From Amoebidium appalachense (taxonomy: Eukaryota; Protista; Ichthyosporea): DNA of 64,000 nt. Each line of letters starts with the position of its first letter. The first letter of the stretch is position 1. A program made the position numbers and the translations under genes. This document shows positions 20,674-32,306 of this stretch, piece by piece. The stretch covers positions 13,672,914-13,736,913 of the forward strand of contig CAVNZM010000003.1 in assembly GCA_963693365.1 (NCBI GenBank). Reading direction: 5' to 3'. A model generated the notes under the pieces. The model ran no database searches. It saw only the letters and a list, made by a program, of their open reading frames with translations, and was not told the origin of the DNA.

Positions 20674-20882
20674 AAGGCGTCCAATAAGAGACCCAGATTG
20701 ACCGATCCGGGCGCTCATTGGACGCCTTGGGGATGGAATGTGCTGTCCTTAATGCTCATTGGACGCCTTGTGCGGCAATTGGCTTTTTTGAGCCGAATTA
20801 TCATTGGCCGCCCGCGCATCCGTAATACTATTGGACGCCTTGTACATGCAATTCAGAATTCGAATTCCCATTGGACGCCTTG
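20674..20882. promoter_or_regulatory. Array of ATTGGACGCCTT (CCAAT-box-containing) motifs upstream of pPolB
   Basis: Four direct copies near 20718, 20758, 20830 and 20870, plus one inverted copy near 20674. Confidence 0.6.
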
Positions 20883-21039
20883 CGCAAACCTTCGCATTCA
20901 TTTAATCCGCACTTGTGTACGCACCACACGTACGCGTACACGTACGCGTACACGCGGCGCGCCCTCTCTCTTTAAAGATTCAACTAGAACCACGTGCTCT
21001 GCACGTGTTTTACACACACAGTGTGTGCACGTGCTCCTG

Positions 21040-21204
21040 TACATATATCCACCCATATCACATATCCCATATCGCGATATGTGTACATAGATATCACATA
21101 TCTCATATTCACATATCCCATATCTTTGGGGGTTGCGGGACCGCGTGAATGTGACGTCACTTGTGACGTCACCATTCACGGGGTGCCGCGCCCCTATATG
21201 TAGT
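21040..21204. other. Probable right terminus of the PLV: CATATC repeats, imperfect hairpin with two GTGACGTCAC palindromes, end ...TATATGTAGT
   Basis: Dyad 21135-21189 (gcgggaccgcgtgaatgtgacgtcac-tt-gtgacgtcaccattcacggggtgccgc); Ngaro A-repeat homology starts abruptly at 21205. Confidence 0.55.
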
Positions 21205-22539
21205 GGCACCTATTAGCCAATCAAAACGTCAGATTTCACATATCACTAGACCGAGTTTTGATTGGCTCGGATCAGATTTCACATATCACTAGATCGATTT
21301 TGATTGGCTCAGATCGGTAGGCTTAGGTATATAAGCACGACAGTTTTTAGCAGATCAGCAAGCTACAAACACATCTTATGTGTTTAGCACCTACAGCCTT
21401 AGTACAGCTATATATTCCTTTTCATTCTCCCTATATTTCCTTACGCCGGTCAGCATGCCGCCGAAAAAGCGCCAGGCCTCAGCCACCGCCCCTGCCGCGG
21501 CACCTAAGCGCCTGACCCGCAGCGACCTCCGCCACAGGCTGACCAACGCTCCCGCGGGCACTGACGCGCCTCCGGAGGCCCATACCACCACGGACCCTCC
21601 GGCTACTCTCCCCTCTACTCCTGAAGTCCCTCCTCAGGCCCCGCCGTCACCGCCGATGACTTCTCAAGACGCCGTCCTTGCCGCCCTCACCGCCATCAGC
21701 ACCCAGATGGCTGGCGTCCTGGCTGCTCTCACCAACCGCGACCCTCCCGCGCCCCCAGCCGCGCCCTCCGCACCCGGGGAGGTTTCCCCGGGGCTGCATC
21801 TCGGCCCTGACCTGGACCTACCTGCCCTGCCCGTGCTCCCCATTACAGGTGAGAACACTGGCGACATTCAGCCGGGCACACTGCCGCTTCCCCCCGCGGA
21901 TGTGCTGGCAGATTTGCGCGCCAATCGTTTCGTCGACCTGTATAAGTTCACCCCCGCAGCCCTCCTGGCCCCATCCAAGAAAGGTCAGCAGCTGCGCATG
22001 GCCGACGACGGCAGCATCGAGACTTTTCGCAATGACAAACCCGTTCCCCTGCGTTCACTCGTCATTTGGATCCAAGCTTGGACCCATTACATGGCCGCCA
22101 AGCACCACCTCGACCTCCCCACGGACAAGGACGTACTTTGGACTCAGCACATCACTCGCCTCAGCACCCGATACCCGTGGGCCCAGATCCACAACTACGA
22201 CGTGTACGCCCGTACCGTTGCCCACCAGCAGGGTCGGGCTCCGATCGAGTGTCCCAACCTGCTCGCCCAACTCCACCAGGATCTCCTCCTGCCACCCACT
22301 CTGCTCATCCCGGACGCATGTCAGCGCTGTGGCTTCCCCCGACCACCCCAGCGCGGCCTGCCCCATGTACCCCAAGCCCGGCTGTGGTCTTGACGGCTTC
22401 AAGCCGCCCCACAAGCCCGGCGGGAGACAAACCCCCAACCGCCCTGGCCCGCAACCCGGCCCGGCAAAACCGGCCCGACCCGTGGATCTACCCGCGACGC
22501 ACTGCAGGAATTTCCACATTAACGGTCGGTCCTGCGCTA
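21205..22539 (+). mobile_element. 5' fragment of a second Ngaro-type element (truncated A repeat + gag)
   Basis: 21205-21410 is a diverged inverted copy of repeat A; 22258-22539 matches the gag remnant of the first element. Confidence 0.85.
21455..22539 (+). pseudogene. Ngaro gag-like ORF1, frameshifted near 22360 and cut within the zinc finger
   Basis: MPPKKR start, FVDLYKF and WIQAWTHY...YPWAQIHNYD motifs typical of DIRS/Ngaro ORF1. Confidence 0.75.
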
Positions 22540-23359
22540 CATCAGCAAAGGCCACCCACCCATCCATTCGGTATCATTCGGGCATCATAGATATTAGAAT
22601 GATAGTACCCATCCACGAACCCACCCTTCATCCAACACTATATCAGTCTGATACTCTTTTTGTTAAATTCTAATATCCGGTTATTTTAAGGTATTAGAAT
22701 GATATCCATGTCTAGATATCATTCTGATATTGGAATAGCCCCCGAAAAAGCCCGAAAAGCCCCCGAAAAAAGGCGTTGTTCTACTTGTTGCTCTATCCTT
22801 TGGCCATCCAGCTATGTATCATTCTGATAACATAATGGATGTTGGAATGATACATACCCTCAAATGCTCTACGTTTTCAGATAGGGGTAAACATATCTGA
22901 ATGAGACTTGAATAGTACATTACCAAGTACAAAAAGTGCCCACGTTGGTGATAAACGGTTATCCAAATGATATCCCAATGATATCATTGCAAGAACGGGA
23001 GGTGTATTATAATATCTTTGTATGCCCTATTATGGTATTGGTATGATAGAAGAAAATGAAATGATCTTCCTTTCCTAATATCAGAATAGTCTCATTCTAA
23101 TACCGTGAATGATATCCAAATGATATCTATTGTAGAAAAGGGGGTGTATTATAGTATCTTTGTATGCCCTATTATGGTATTGGTATGATAGAGGAAAATG
23201 TAACGAAATTCCTTTCCTAATATCATATAATAGTGTCATTCTAATATCGTGAATTCCAAAACCTCATATCATAATAGCACTATTCCAATATCTTAAAATC
23301 GTGGAACATTTAAATCTGTACCCTATTATAGTATCATAATTGAGAGACATGTATATCAT

Positions 23360-23559
23360 TATGGGGGTTTACGCTGTTTACTCGAGGCAAAGAGAACCAG
23401 TCTCAGGTATGGGGGGGGGGGGTTTGCTCGGAATATCCCCTCAGCGGTATATCATGATCACGTACATAGATGTCGGGTGGTGACTATATATCAGGGTTTA
23501 CTTTCTCTACGAGACACCATAAAGACTACAAGGAGAAATCAATTAGTTGGGGTTCCCCG

Positions 23560-23587
<28 letters not shown>
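23360..23587 (+). repeat. ~200-bp dispersed repeat + poly-T, copy 2
   Basis: Direct repeat of 5717-5957. Confidence 0.9.
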
Positions 23588-23590
<3 letters not shown>

Positions 23591-24011
23591 TTTTATTTTT
23601 TTTGGTCACCTTTGATTGTCGTTGTGGGCATCATAATGGTCACTTAAAATATATCATTCGTGTACCATAATGGTACCATTTTATTGATTCGTTCCGTCGT
23701 CGACCCCCCCCCCCCCCCCCCCGGGTCGATCTGCTATTAGCACTAAACTGTATTCAGACTTAAGAATAAAAATCCAAAACAAAAAAATCGAAAACAAAAA
23801 AATCTCAAAAATCTCAAGTCAAAAAAAAAAAAAAAAACCCAAGTCAGACATAAATTTTCTAAGTCTCGCTCAAAGAGAACTACGTATGTTTTTCAAAAGT
23901 TCTAAGACACACGCCCAGCGTGTGTTAATACCGTCACATTTTAACCTTCCAAACAACCAAAATAAAACATAACAATATACTAACATTTTTGTTAGTTAGT
24001 ATACTAAATTA

Positions 24012-24427
24012 TTATTTCTTTTTCTTGTGGTTCAATTTCTTGGGGGGGGTCTTTATGGGTGATTTTGCGGGCCGCTTATTGGCGACGCGCGACGCCTCGT
24101 CGCTGCTGCTGCTGCCGCTCTCACGCTCCTTGTCCCCCGCACCGCCAACCACCGACATGTTGCCGTCCAACAGCTTGGGGTCCACCACCTTCTCGACGAT
24201 GATGTTGGTGTCGGGGATGGGCTCGGCCTCCTTCATGACGATGTCTCCGTCGTTCTTGTCCTTGTTGCCGGCAGCGTCATCGTTGATCTCCTCCTGATGT
24301 CGGCCTCCTGGACCTTAGCCTCGGCCTCCTTGGCCTTTGCCTCGGCCTCCTTTAAGTTAGCCTCGGCCTCCTTAGCCTCGGCCTCCTTGGCCTTAGCCTT
24401 ACGGACGCGCTCGTAATGCTTGATGTA
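24012..24427 (-). pseudogene. Orphan terminal exon encoding KEAEA coiled-coil repeats and a basic tail (one frameshift)
   Basis: Acceptor ccccaacag at 24428 and high-GC3 codons; no upstream exons found. Confidence 0.45.
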
Positions 24428-24546
24428 CTGTTGGGGCAACAGAATGACGTGTTAGTCTTACTTGTGTGCTGGTGAACAATATAATGCCAAAATACAGGCA
24501 GAATATTCCGTGCTGGTTCATAAGGGTTTCACTTAACATTGATTTG

Positions 24547-24578
<32 letters not shown>

Positions 24579-24613
24579 GTGGTGGTGGTGGTGTGTGTGT
24601 GTGTGAGTGTGTG

Positions 24614-24650
<37 letters not shown>

Positions 24651-24742
24651 GGCATGGGTGTGCTACATGGCATTAGAGTGAGTGGGAAAAACAGTGTCGG
24701 TCGAGGCACTTTCACCAGGCAAGGCTTCTTCGGAAGCACCCC

Positions 24743-26025
24743 ATGACCGACCCTGTGTACACCACGGTGCTCATGAAGTTTGGCGCCAACATCCAGAATG
24801 ATCCCCAGCGCCTTATCAAGGCCATCGCTATGACGCTCAAGAAAGACCCCCCCACAGGAAAGCCCTCCTGGGGGAAGGTTTCCGACGAGGAGATTCAAGA
24901 AGCCGTCGTGTACTTCGGCAAGCTGAAGCGCACTGATGAAGACTTCAAGCTCAGGTCCAAGTAAGTAACCCCCACCCCCCCCCCCCCCCCACCCCCCCCC
25001 CCCCCCCCCCCCCCTCCCCCCCCCCCCCCTCCGAAGCGCAAGCACACACACACAAGCACACCACATCATCCCTAAGTGTTCTATCCATCATAATGAGGTG
25101 CCCATAGGGTCGATATACGGCATCGTATCATTCTGATACATTGGCAATATGTTAGTGAACACTTGTTGTACTTTTGATTAAGTTTACGTGTCCCTCATAT
25201 GTTTCATATATTCGTAATAGCTGTGGCATTGTATCGAAATACTATTGCCAACATGTCTTCGATATGTAAATGATATTGGCATTGTATTGTTCATATGTTT
25301 CTAGTGAGTGATATTGTCGTCGACATACTTTACTTCTTGCAAGTAGTGTTGGACAACTATCCATAGGTTTACATTAAAATGTTTGGTTATCTTGTTGACT
25401 TTTTTATATAACGACATTAACACCCTCCACCCAAACATGGCAGGTTCAGCAGGGCCATGTCACAGGCCAAGCACAACGTCGTCAAGTCTGTCCGGCGGCA
25501 AATGCCCATGTTCAGTGTGCTTCCAGGAAACGTCAGGGTAAGCTTCCTAAACCCTGGTTGCTTGTGTGTTCAAACCCCAAACACTGCCTGCAATGTAGAG
25601 TTTTATAGTCAGAGTGTAGGACAAAAATGAATGTGCCCATGATACTATGCTAGTAGTAGCTGTTTGTTAGGCATTGAACACCTTTTACCGTTGACAAGTT
25701 ATTCTGAATCTGTTTGTACATTCCTTCGTCAGCACTCATCACTGACATGCACATCTCTTCTTGCAGATCTTGGACAGGGATGTCCCCAGGGAGTTCACGT
25801 CCCGGTGGGCGTTCTGGCAGAGCCTCATGGATATCATCGACCTTGCCCCAGGCATGTCAGGTGGCAGCAGGGCTTTCCGCGACCCAGAGACCGGCCACCC
25901 TTTTGGGAACCCAGCGCTCCTCGACCTGCTATTGGCCTTGGATGAAGTGCGAAACCGCGCGAACGACATGGACATCACCTTCGAGACCATTGACGTAAGT
26001 CCACCCCCCCCCCCCCAAAACTCCC

Positions 26026-26057
<32 letters not shown>

Positions 26058-26829
26058 ACACCCTTATCCCTTCCCATAATAGCCCTTTTGGACATGTGTG
26101 TATGGAATCAGTCACTTTCTTTTCTAGTTATTTCGTTTGTTTCAATTGCGTTTGCTGTCTATGAGTTCATTTTCCTTTTACTAAGTTAATGGTCCTTGAT
26201 GTAGATTAACCCAAGCCCAATCCACATGATCATAGCTAACTGCTGATTTCTCAATGATGCAGGACGTGCTGAAGGACTTGCCCCAATTTGTGCGCTTCAT
26301 CATTTACATCATCGAGGCCTGTCTGAGCGACCGCGCTGCGGCACAAGCTGATAATGGCTTGCCTGTCTGGTCACCCTTCTCCAAGGAGGGAGGCATCCCC
26401 AAGGACTGGCATGGGCTGGCGAACCCGAGGTCCTTTGAAGCGGTAGGGAACCCCCCCCCCCCCCCCCCCCCCTCCCTCCTCCCAACCCCTTGAACATGAA
26501 CATGATACTTCCACATTTTATAGTTTTCTTGCCAGAAGATGGGGAGTACGTTTGCATATTATTATTTCAGTTAAATTATGCTCCATTTGCAGCTTGCCAC
26601 TTGGCACATGTCTTTGTCTGCAGAACTCTTGTTACATTCATTCTAATTCGTGTGTCCTCAGGCCATCAACAACTGGAAGACTTTCAAGGCCCAGGAGGAG
26701 GCCAGGCTCAAGGAGGCCGAGGCTGAGCAACAAGACTCAGAGATCAACGCCCACAAGTCCCCCCACGCTCCAGAGCCCCCCCCCGCTCCTAAGTCTCCCC
26801 TCGCCGCCAATACCGAGCACGAGCACTGA
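24743..26829 (+). CDS. Five-exon gene, unknown protein (exons 24743-24960, 25444-25537, 25767-25994, 26263-26442, 26662-26829)
   Basis: GT-AG introns with consistent phases give an open frame MTDPVY...KFSRAMSQ...ILDRDVP...DVLKDLP...AINNWK...HEH*. Confidence 0.75.
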
Positions 26830-26897
26830 GACGGCCATGCCTGCAACATCGACAAGTCCCATGCCGCCTGCAACATTGACGAGCCCTAAAAGTTTTT

Positions 26898-26928
<31 letters not shown>

Positions 26929-27563
26929 GGGGGGAGGTTTTGGGGGTGGATTTTTTTCTTTGGTTTTGGGTGGGGGGGGGGGGGTAGTGGACTTGGGTTT
27001 TTTTAGGGGGGGGGGGGGTGGTGTATACATGGCCGGTTGAGCCTGTGGGAAAAGGGGGTGGGGCCGGGGGGGGGGGGGGAGGAGGGGGAGGGGGTTGGGC
27101 CGGGGGGGGGGGGGAGAGGGGGGGGGGGGCACCAGGTGTGGTCCTCCTCAATATTAAATGTGGTATATCCAACCGAAGTTAATAAAGTGGCCATACGGAA
27201 CACGTATGGATGTCGACATGTGCAATACATTGGCAATACATTGACAATGATCATGGGGCTGTGCTTACCATACCGTGTGCACATTGCCAATATATTGAGC
27301 ATGTGGTTGAGGTATCAATAAAGTTATTATCAATACATTGGCAATGTTCGTCATACGTATTATTCTTAGATATAAGACGTTACTCCGATATGCCTTTCAT
27401 ATTATAAGCGCACTTATACTGTACTTTGCATGCATTCGTTCCCATTATCATTTTATTGGCAATGTATTTGGATAGTATAGTGTGATATTTATAATATATA
27501 TGTAATGCATTATCAACACTTATATCTTTATGGTGGTGGTATCATTCGTATGTTGGCAATATA

Positions 27564-28573
27564 CAGTATGCGTCCGCGCGTAACATACTCCGCGCACAAC
27601 ATAACGTCGACGCCGATTTTCAAAAAATCTTAACATACTGACCTCGGTCATTTTTCGGGATTATGTTAGCGCACCAAGGGGTCCTATACATAGTAGGACG
27701 AGTAATCGGGTTTATCTGGTCAGTTTAGACCCCCTATCTTTAGTATTTCGATCTCTTTCCCAGACAAAACAGTGGTTCGCCGTGATTTCAACGACCGCCC
27801 AAAGCTCGGCAGGGCCAATGATAGGCGGCGGCCGCCCATCGCATGGTATGCAAAGGACTCATGTGGCCGACTATGTCGATAAACGAGCAGAAACATACGA
27901 AGGCCCCAACTAGTTCGAAGCAGTCTTGTATAGCTAGTTTTTACATCCTAGTCATATAGGCAGGTTGAATGCATATTAAACCCACCGATCATGACCAAGC
28001 CAGTAGTCCAGGTGCAGGCAGCTGCACTTGGGGCGTTGAATAGTGCACTGCACACAGTAAATGAGGCCACAGACAAGTTTCAGGAAACTACCCAAGAAGC
28101 CCAAGCAATCATTTCTGAGGGTTTTGTAAACGCAAACAACACAATCAACAACGCAACCACACGTGCAATTGCACAAGCCGAAACGGCAAAAGCACAATTG
28201 CGCTCGCACATGGAGAGTTTAGAGAGCCGCAGAGCCCCCACACGCGCGGAATCGCTGAAAAAGGCTGCCAGTAAGCCTGGGCAGAAGACGATGTTCGATT
28301 TTGGGTGCATGGGTGTGAGATCTTGCGCAGGTTTAGTTTGGTGGGCTGGCTGCGTGGGGTGATAGTGGGTGGTGCCCAGAAAAGGGGGTTTCTTTTCCGT
28401 GTGAGTTACGGTAATGGTTTGGAGCTTGATGAAACCCTGAATACGGATTTGTATGAGGCGAAGGGGGAGGGGTTGCCTCTTACTCGTGTAGGTGTGTGGT
28501 GCCAAATTCGTAAGGTGTGAGAGTAAGGTGTGAGGGAGCAGAAAGACTAGTACGCCCTTGTTTGTATGAGTTG

Positions 28574-28609
<36 letters not shown>

Positions 28610-28786
28610 CTTTTTTTGGTTTGGTCCCCTTGAAAAAAATTAGTATGTTTTTATTATTATTTGAATCAATTACTTATTGATTTCCTCTATATTTACTTAT
28701 TTAGCGGGTTGGGGAGGAGGGGAGGGGGGGGGGGGGGGGGGACTTGATGTACTAAATGCTAGACTTTCAAGTATTGATTTAGATTT

Positions 28787-28867
<81 letters not shown>

Positions 28868-29297
28868 CACACACACACACACATAGGCTTTCACGCTTTC
28901 AGCTTCTTTTTTTTTTTTTTTTTTTTTTCAAAGTTTTTTTTTTTTTTTTTTTTTCCGAATTTCCCTTTATTTTTTTTTCACCATCTCAAAAAGGAACTAG
29001 TATAAGTATTCTTTGTTTATTCATTCATTTGATCAATTTATTATTTGTTTACTACTATATTTATGTCATTTAGCGGTTTGCGGATTCCCCGCCCGATGGA
29101 GAGGCCCAGTGTGGCCTCCTGGGCGGGCGGGAGGGCGGGCGGGCGGGGCGGGGGGGGGGGGGGGGGGGGGGGAGGACAGGGGGGGGGGTAACATAATCGA
29201 GACGGGCTCTGGGAGCCTATTTTTAGATACTAATTAAAATTTAACATAACGACCTCGACCCTTGTCGGGGCGGTATGTTATGCGCGGACGCATACTG
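27564..29297. mobile_element. Non-autonomous Tc1/mariner-pogo-type DNA transposon, 1734 bp
   Basis: 25-bp TIRs CAGTATGCGTCCGCGC(G/A)TAACATAC with one mismatch; TA target duplication at 27562-27563 and 29298-29299; no transposase. Confidence 0.88.
27991..28520 (+). CDS. Cargo ORF(s) in the MITE: coiled-coil segment followed in another frame by a Tudor-like segment
   Basis: 27991-28362 is Ala/Gln/Thr-rich and helical; 28305-28520 reads GCEILRRFSLVGWLRGVIV...LFRVSYGNGLELDE. Confidence 0.4.
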
Positions 29298-29933
29298 TAT
29301 GCTTGATATGGAACATACTTACATATTCCTTATTTGTAATGTGTTGGGAGTGTATTAATCATACCTCTGTTTATGTCATCAATATACTCACGATATATAA
29401 GCAACCTATCGGCGATACCGCATTTATATATTGATTATAGTTGGATCATATGTTGGCAATACATTGTTTACATGTTTCTTGGTATTTAAATCTTTGTATT
29501 TCTATTAATTACATATTGGCAATGCATTAATAATGCGTTCATAGTGCAACTACAATGCGAAAATACAGTATTATCCATATCATTATCTGTATTTTTGATA
29601 TTATTTGGTTGTTATTGTAATATCGCCCGGGTATAATTGATATTGGCAATACGTCTATAATGCTAGCGCAATAGTAATGCAATGGTAATGTAATGGCACT
29701 CTAATGTATTGGCGATATTGATGTAACATATACTGGATAACTTGAATATATTCATATCAGCGGGATATCGACAATAGAGGGTATTGGTACTGTATTACCA
29801 TTGACAATACCAAAGCAATATTATTGCAATATGGCGTTCCTATTGGCGGCAAGGGGTTCTATTGCCAATATCGCCAATGGCTCCAATAGCAAAAAATACG
29901 TTGGCAATACTTCCGGGAAGTTTGCTGATGGTG

Positions 29934-30571
29934 TAGCCGGAAGAGCGGGTGGTCCGGGGCACAAGCGGACAGGCGGGTGATGTGCTCGTGAAATTTAAGG
30001 GCTAATTCGTGTACGCGTTGTGATGGTGGTGTGAGTGCGTAGAGAGAATCAAAAAGGCGTCTAGGGATAGGTGTGGAAAGACCAGTGAGAAACGTACAAC
30101 AAGTTGTGTAGTGGAAATCATCTAATGATTTGAGGACATTAGTAACAGTATCAGGGGGTGCCATAGCTAGTAAAGGAAATTGAACTTTCCGCATGATTGG
30201 TACTGCGCCATGTTTATCTGCGCGTGTGCGTTAGCGAGCGTACTGTAGTAGTCATCCGTAATATCAAACCACGGTTTCCACATGTTTGCGCCGAGTTTCG
30301 GCGCCCACCGGAAAATGTTCTGGTCGTCCTCCATCGTGAAAGATAACTTGCTCATATCCTCCCCCGTTTCGTTGACGTGGTTTATGAAGGGGTTATACAC
30401 ACGCGGAGGGTTTCTAGGTCCGTTGTCAACATTATCTATATATATAATGCGTTGTTTGCCGGACCTCAAATCCGGAATTTGGAGGGGACCTGGGGGTTTA
30501 CACACTTTTTTATTGCGTGGACACTGCCGGAGGCCCAGGAGGGGACCTAAGGCCATTTTGTGAGGCATCAA
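29934..30571 (-). pseudogene. Frameshifted coding fragment, possibly retroelement-derived
   Basis: Overlapping ORFs 30167-30571 and 29859-30194 join at CGKFNF/LLAMAPP; no diagnostic motif is recognised with confidence. Confidence 0.3.
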
Positions 30572-31105
30572 AAACCATCGAAACGTTGCTTAGTTGTTTT
30601 TATGACATCAAAATCGCTAAATATTCTTGAGATACTAATGAAAAAGCCTAAAATAACTATATATTTGATAATGAGAAAATTGAAATATAGTGCCCTAAAG
30701 TTGGGCCCGCGAGGATGTACGTACTCGGGGCTTTGAAATAAAAAGAAAAAAACCAGCGGTTTCGGAGTCTACTGTGAACACGCTGGGCTGAATGACGGCA
30801 GAGATCAGGTGATTCCCGTATCAAAACGGTTTTTGTTTCTAACCCAGATGGAACGCACTTTTTTTAGAGAAATTCGGCGACTTTTTTTTTACGAAGTACT
30901 ATATCATTGGTACAACGACATTTTGAAAAATTTAATGTAATAGAACTACCAATCCAATCACAAAAACCTCAAAGGTCTGCTAACACCGGTTTAGGGGGAC
31001 ACGGGGATGAGGACGGACCTGGACGGCAAATTCTATATCCACACCCACACACACACACACACAGTACACACACACACACGCACACACACACACACCCGCC
31101 GTGGC

Positions 31106-31136
<31 letters not shown>

Positions 31137-32034
31137 TGTACATTTTAATGTTTTAATAGCTATAGGCAGACAGTTGTTGAAAAAAAATAGAGTAAAAAAC
31201 ACAACTAAATCAACTCAGTAATGTGAATATGACATTTAGGGCGAGTGTACTAGAAGGGTTTGTGGCTGATCATGATTATTTTTTTACACTAGAGCTAGGG
31301 TGATTCAAGCTGGGCGGTGGTCATTGGTATTTTTTTTTTATTTGTTTTTTTTCCACATGTACACACAAAGTAATAATCGAATAGAATACAAAAACAACTA
31401 AGAAGACAAAAACGCATACAACCTTCACTTGGCCCACACACACACATTCACACACACACAAACATGCACACACACACACGCACACATAGACGTTGAACAC
31501 AATGAAAGGAAATATATCTAGAAAACACGGGTGCCATGATTTTAGTCACTGAGTATGAAAACATAAAATAAAAATTTTTGGGGGGCAGGGAATGGGAGGA
31601 GGGGGGGGGGGGGGGGGGGGGGGATGCTTTGAAGTAAACTGAGAATAGTATAATTGCAGTACTGACTTGTGAGCATGGTATATTGACAGACACCGTAGAA
31701 TGATGATTTTATGTTCGGGAACATTTCGGGGGGGTTGCCAATTCCAGACTTCACTGAAATATGTTGCCCACCTGGCACTCATGATCAGTGCACGTGGAAA
31801 GTTAGTTGCGCATGCCTGCCCATGCATATCATAAAGGGGGTTACTAAACAGTTCTGTAAAATAAGTAAAACAACAAGATAATAATAATATTATAAAAATT
31901 TTGCAAGCAATTTAGAACATATTGCACTTGGTGGTTTTCAGCTACATGTTTTTGGAGGACCACAAGTAAACTTGGTACTTAGGCGCCGGCAATGGCAATC
32001 TCTCCCTAGACTGATAACACAGTGTAGCAAGAAA

Positions 32035-32069
<35 letters not shown>

Positions 32070-32306
32070 ATGAAAGGGAAAAGGGTCATAACATTTGGCA
32101 GATCCGGCAACTGCAGGATTGGGGGGGGGGGGGGGGGAAGCGTGAGGCGGGGGGGCCAGGGGGGGTGGGGGGGGGGGGGAAGCGTGAGGCGGGGGGGCCA
32201 GGGAGGGGGGGAGGGGGGGAGGGAGGTAACAACCACACAACCCAACATCAATAACTGTCTCGTTATGTTTTGGCGCCGGCGACAGCCGGCGCACAAACCT
32301 ACATAC

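Larger units (their letters stand above)
6673..21204. mobile_element. Endogenous Polinton-like virus (PLV / Maverick-adintovirus-like), left-truncated
   Basis: Intronless, GC-rich, densely coded block with A32 ATPase, jelly-roll MCP, VLTF3-like gene and pPolB. Plus-strand structural genes converge on minus-strand replication genes. Confidence 0.88.

Noticed and set aside
24521-24536. GGTTTCACTTAA shared with the YR 3' end at ~2925
   Set aside because: The match is only ~12 bp with no flanking similarity and is compatible with chance.
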